DNA of 64,000 bases, taken from Lama guanicoe (Eukaryota). Of this stretch, positions 60,368 to 64,000 are shown piece after piece. Made by a program: the position numbers and the translations under genes. The stretch is taken from assembly GCA_013239625.1 (NCBI GenBank), contig MU053911.1:60697-124696 (forward strand). The letters run 5' to 3'. The notes under the pieces were generated by a model that saw nothing but the letters and a program-made list of their open reading frames with translations, made no database searches and was not told where the DNA came from. Position 1 is the first letter of the stretch, and each line of letters opens with the position of its first letter.

Positions 60368-63300
60368 TAAAAAATTGAAGTAGAGTTGGTTTACAGTGTT
60401 GTATTTGTTTCTGGTATTCAGCATAGTGATGTGTATACACATTCTTTTTCATTTTCTTTTTCATTAAAGGTTACTCCAAGCCATTGAATAGCACAGGGAA
60501 CTATATACGGTAGGACCTTGTTGTTTACCTACTCTGTACGTAATAGTTTGTATCTGCTAATCCTAAACTCCCACTTTATCCCTCCCTCCCACCTTTTCCC
60601 TCTGGTAACCATAAGTTTATTTTCTAAGTCTGTGAGTCTCTGTTTTGTAAGTTGGTTTGTGTCATTTTTTTTTAGATTCCACATATAATTGATATTTTAC
60701 GATAATCTGTCTTTTTCTGACTGACTGACTTCACTTAGTATGATAATCTCTAGGTCCATCTATGTTACTGCAAATGACATTATTTTATTCCTTTCTGTGT
60801 CTGAATAGTATTATATTGTAATACTATTGTGTGTATATATATATATACACAACGCATTTTCTTTATGCATTCATCTATGGATAGACATTTAGTCTTCTTC
60901 CATGTCTTGGCTGTTGTAACTAGTGCTGCTGTGGACACTGGGATGCATGTATCTTTTCAAATTAGAGTTTTCGCTAGATATATGCCCAAGGGTGGGATTG
61001 CTGGATCATACGGTAACTCTTATTTTCCATTTTTTAAGGCACCTCCACACTGTTCTCCACAGTGACTGCATCAATTTGCATTCCCATCAACATTGTAGGA
61101 GAGTTCCTTTCTCTCCACACCCTCTCCAGCATTTAATGCTTGTAGACTGTTTGATGGTGGTCATTCTGACTGGTGTGATGTAATACCTCACTGTAGTTTT
61201 GACTTGCATTTTGTGAGTAATTAATGATGTCAAGCATTGTTTCATGTCTGCTGGCCATCTGTTTGACATCTTCGGAGTAATGTCTGTTGAGATCTTCTGC
61301 CCATTTTTTGATTGGTGGTGTTTTTTTTTTTTTTTTTTTGATACTGAGCTGTGTGAGCTGCTTGTATATTTTGGAAATTAGTCTCTTGTCAGTCGCATCA
61401 TTTGCAAATATTTTCTCCCATTCTGTAGTTTGTTTCTTCATTTTGTTTAAGGTTTCCTTTGATATGCAAAAATTTTAAGTTTTATTAGGTCCCATTTTTT
61501 TTTATTGTTTTTTTTTCTATTACTCTAGGAGACAGATCCAAAAAAATATTTGTGCAATTTATGTCAGTGTTCTTCCTTTTTTTCCTCTAGGAGTTTTATG
61601 GTATCTGGTCTTATATTTATGTCTTTAATCCATTTTGAGTTTATTTTTGTATGTGTTGTTAGAGAATGTTCTAATTTCATTCTTTTATATGTAGCTGTCA
61701 TTTTCTGAGTGCCACTTATTGAAGAGACTGTCTTTTCTCTATTGTATACTCATGCCTTTTCTTGTCAGAGATTAATTGACTATACATGTGTGGGTTTGTT
61801 TCTGAGCTTTCTATCCTGTTGCATTGATCTATGTGTCTGTTTTTGTGCCAGTACCATACTGTTTTGATCACTGTAGCTTTGTAATATAGCCTGAAGTCAG
61901 GGAGCATGATTCCTCCAGCTCTGTTGTTCTTTCTCAAGATTATTTTGGCTGTTGGGGGTCTTTTGTGTTTCCGTACAAATTTTAACATTTTTTGTTCCAG
62001 TTCTGTGAAAAATGGCATTGGTAACTTGATAGGGATTGCATTGAATCCATGGATTGCCTTGGGTAGCATGGTCATTTTAACAATGTTGATTCTTCCAATC
62101 CAAGAACACAGTATATCTTTCCAACTTTTGTGTCATCTTCAGTTTTTTCAGAGTTTTTTCGGTCTTTTGCTTCCTTACGTAGGTTTTTTTCCTAGATATT
62201 TTATTCTTTTTGATGTGATGGTAAATGGGGGTGCTCCCTTAATTTCACTTTCTGATCTTTCCTTGTTAGTATTTAGAAATGCAACAGATTTCTGTGTACT
62301 AATTTTGTATCCTGCAATCTTACCAAATTCATTGATGAGCTCTAGTAGTTTTCTGATAGCATAGTGAGGATTTTCTGTGTATGGTATCATGTCATCTGCA
62401 AACAGTGGCAGTTTTACTTCTTCTTTTTCAGTTTAGATTCCTTTTATTTCTTCTCTTTCTCTTATTGCTGTGGATTGGACTTCCAAACTTCTATTGAATA
62501 AAAGTGGCAAGAGACGCATCCTTGTCTTGTTTCTGGTCTTAGAGAAAATGCTTTCAGTTTTTCACCATTGAGAATAATGTTAGCTGTGGGTTTGTCATAT
62601 CGGCCCTTTATTATGTTGAAGTATACTCTGTCTATCCCCACTTTCTGGAGTGTTTTTATTATAAATGGGTGCTGAATTTTGTCAAAAGCTTTTTCTGCAT
62701 TTATTGAGATAATCATCTGACTTTTATTCTTCATTTGTTAATGTGGTGTATCACACTGATTGATTTATGGATATTGAAAAATCTTTGCAGCCCTGGAATA
62801 AATCCCACCTGATCGTGGTGGATGATCCTTTTAATGTATTGTTGGAGTTGGTTTGCTAGGATTTTGTTGAGGATTTTTGCATCTATGTTCATCAATGATA
62901 CTGGCCTGTGATTTTCTTTTGTGTGTATTATCTCTGGCTTTGGTATTAGGCTGATGGTGGCTTCATAGAATGAGTTTGGAAGTGTTCCTTCCTCTGAAAT
63001 TTTTTGGAATAGTTTCAGAAGGTTAGGTGTTAGCTCTCCTCAAAATGTTTGGTAGAATTTGCCTGTGAAGCCATCCAGCCTCGGATTTTTGTTTCTTGGG
63101 ACTTTTAAAATTACTAATTTGATTTCATTGCTGGTAAATGGTCTACTCATATTTTCTGTGTCTTCCTGGTTCAGTCTTGGTAAATTGTACATTTCTAAGA
63201 GATTGTCCAGTTTTTCTGGATTGTCCTTTGTGTTGGTGTGTAGTTGCTCATAGTAGCCTTATTATGATCCCTTGTAGTTCTGTAGTGTTGGTTTTAACTT

Positions 63301-63913
63301 TTTCATTTCTGATTTTATTAATTTGGGCCCTCTCCCTTTTTTTTCTTGATGAGTCTGGCTAAAGGTTTATTAATTTTGTGTATCTTTTCAAAGAACCAGA
63401 TTTTAGTTTCATTGATCTTAACTATTGTTTTTATTCTTTATTCCACTTATTCCTGCTTTAATTTTTATGATTTCTTCTATTAATTTTGGGTTTTGTTCAT
63501 TTTTCTAGTTGCTTTAGGTGTAAGGTTAGGTTGTTCATTTCAGATTGTTCTTGTTTTCTGAGGTAAGCTTATATCGCTGTAAAATTCCTTCTTAAGATTG
63601 CTTTTGCTGTGTCCCAGAGGTTTTGGATCATTGTGTTTTCATTTTCATTTGTCTCTAAGTATTTTTTGATTTCCTTTTTAATTTCTTCAGTGATCCACTG
63701 ATTGTTTAGTAGCGTTTTGTTTAGCCTGCACATGTTTGTGGTTTTTGCAATTTTTTTCTTGTAGTTGATTTCTAATCTCATAATGTTTTGGTTGGAAAAG
63801 ATACTTGATATGATTTCAATTTTTAAAAATTTACCAAGGCTTGTTTTGTGGGCCAGCATGTGATCTGTTCTGGAGAATATTCCATGTGCACTTGAGAGGA
63901 ATGATTATTCTGC
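60368..63913 (-). mobile_element. Antisense L1 (3'UTR plus most of ORF2)
   Basis: [62 protein letters not shown]. Confidence 0.9.
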
Positions 63914-64000
63914 AAACAATCAGTCCTTGATCATGTAACATCCTGTGCTTATTGCAGGAGCCTGGGAACCTGGAGCCTGGGAACCTAAATAGCTTAAGAT
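63914..64000 (+). mobile_element. Partial LTR of the same family as 4457-4901, cut by the window end
   Basis: 63933-64000 matches 4693-4760 at 66 of 68 positions, including the 15-bp tandem ggagcctgggaacct. Confidence 0.85.

Noticed and set aside
60368..63913. L1 ORF2 peptides as an active reverse transcriptase gene
   Set aside because: Broken into many short frames by stops and frameshifts; no L1 in the window is coding-intact

Overview
Mammalian genomic DNA. It is probably a camelid, which I infer from the recurrent young L1 3' end 'ttttttaacattttttattgatt(t/c)ataatcattttacaatgttgtgtc' and from seeing no Alu, Bov-A/tA or PRE1 SINEs. The window is the interior of one + strand gene that I recognise as CCDC7 (coiled-coil domain containing 7). 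Twelve GT-AG coding exons of 21-222 nt lie between 9967 and 56185. Their phases chain into one open 963-nt (321-codon) frame, ILESLFK|WFQRQVNQMEE|ISKGQTF...|...EHLQ, collinear with human CCDC7 as I recall it. The start and stop codons lie outside the window. The introns are mostly transposon relics: many L1s (most of the long and young ones antisense), two sense-oriented solo LTRs with intact TSDs plus a partial third at the window edge, MaLR LTRs, L2, MIR and hAT/Tigger MITEs. Almost all ORFs in the supplied track are spurious or L1 fragments. I found no new multi-gene system. The most unusual items are a TSD-bounded triple L1 3'-end insertion, an L1 5'UTR fused directly to a 3' end, two near-identical LTR segments 59 kb apart, a palindromic templated-insertion scar, and microexon/NAGNAG splicing features. 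Repeat family names and the human comparison come from memory, not from a database search.
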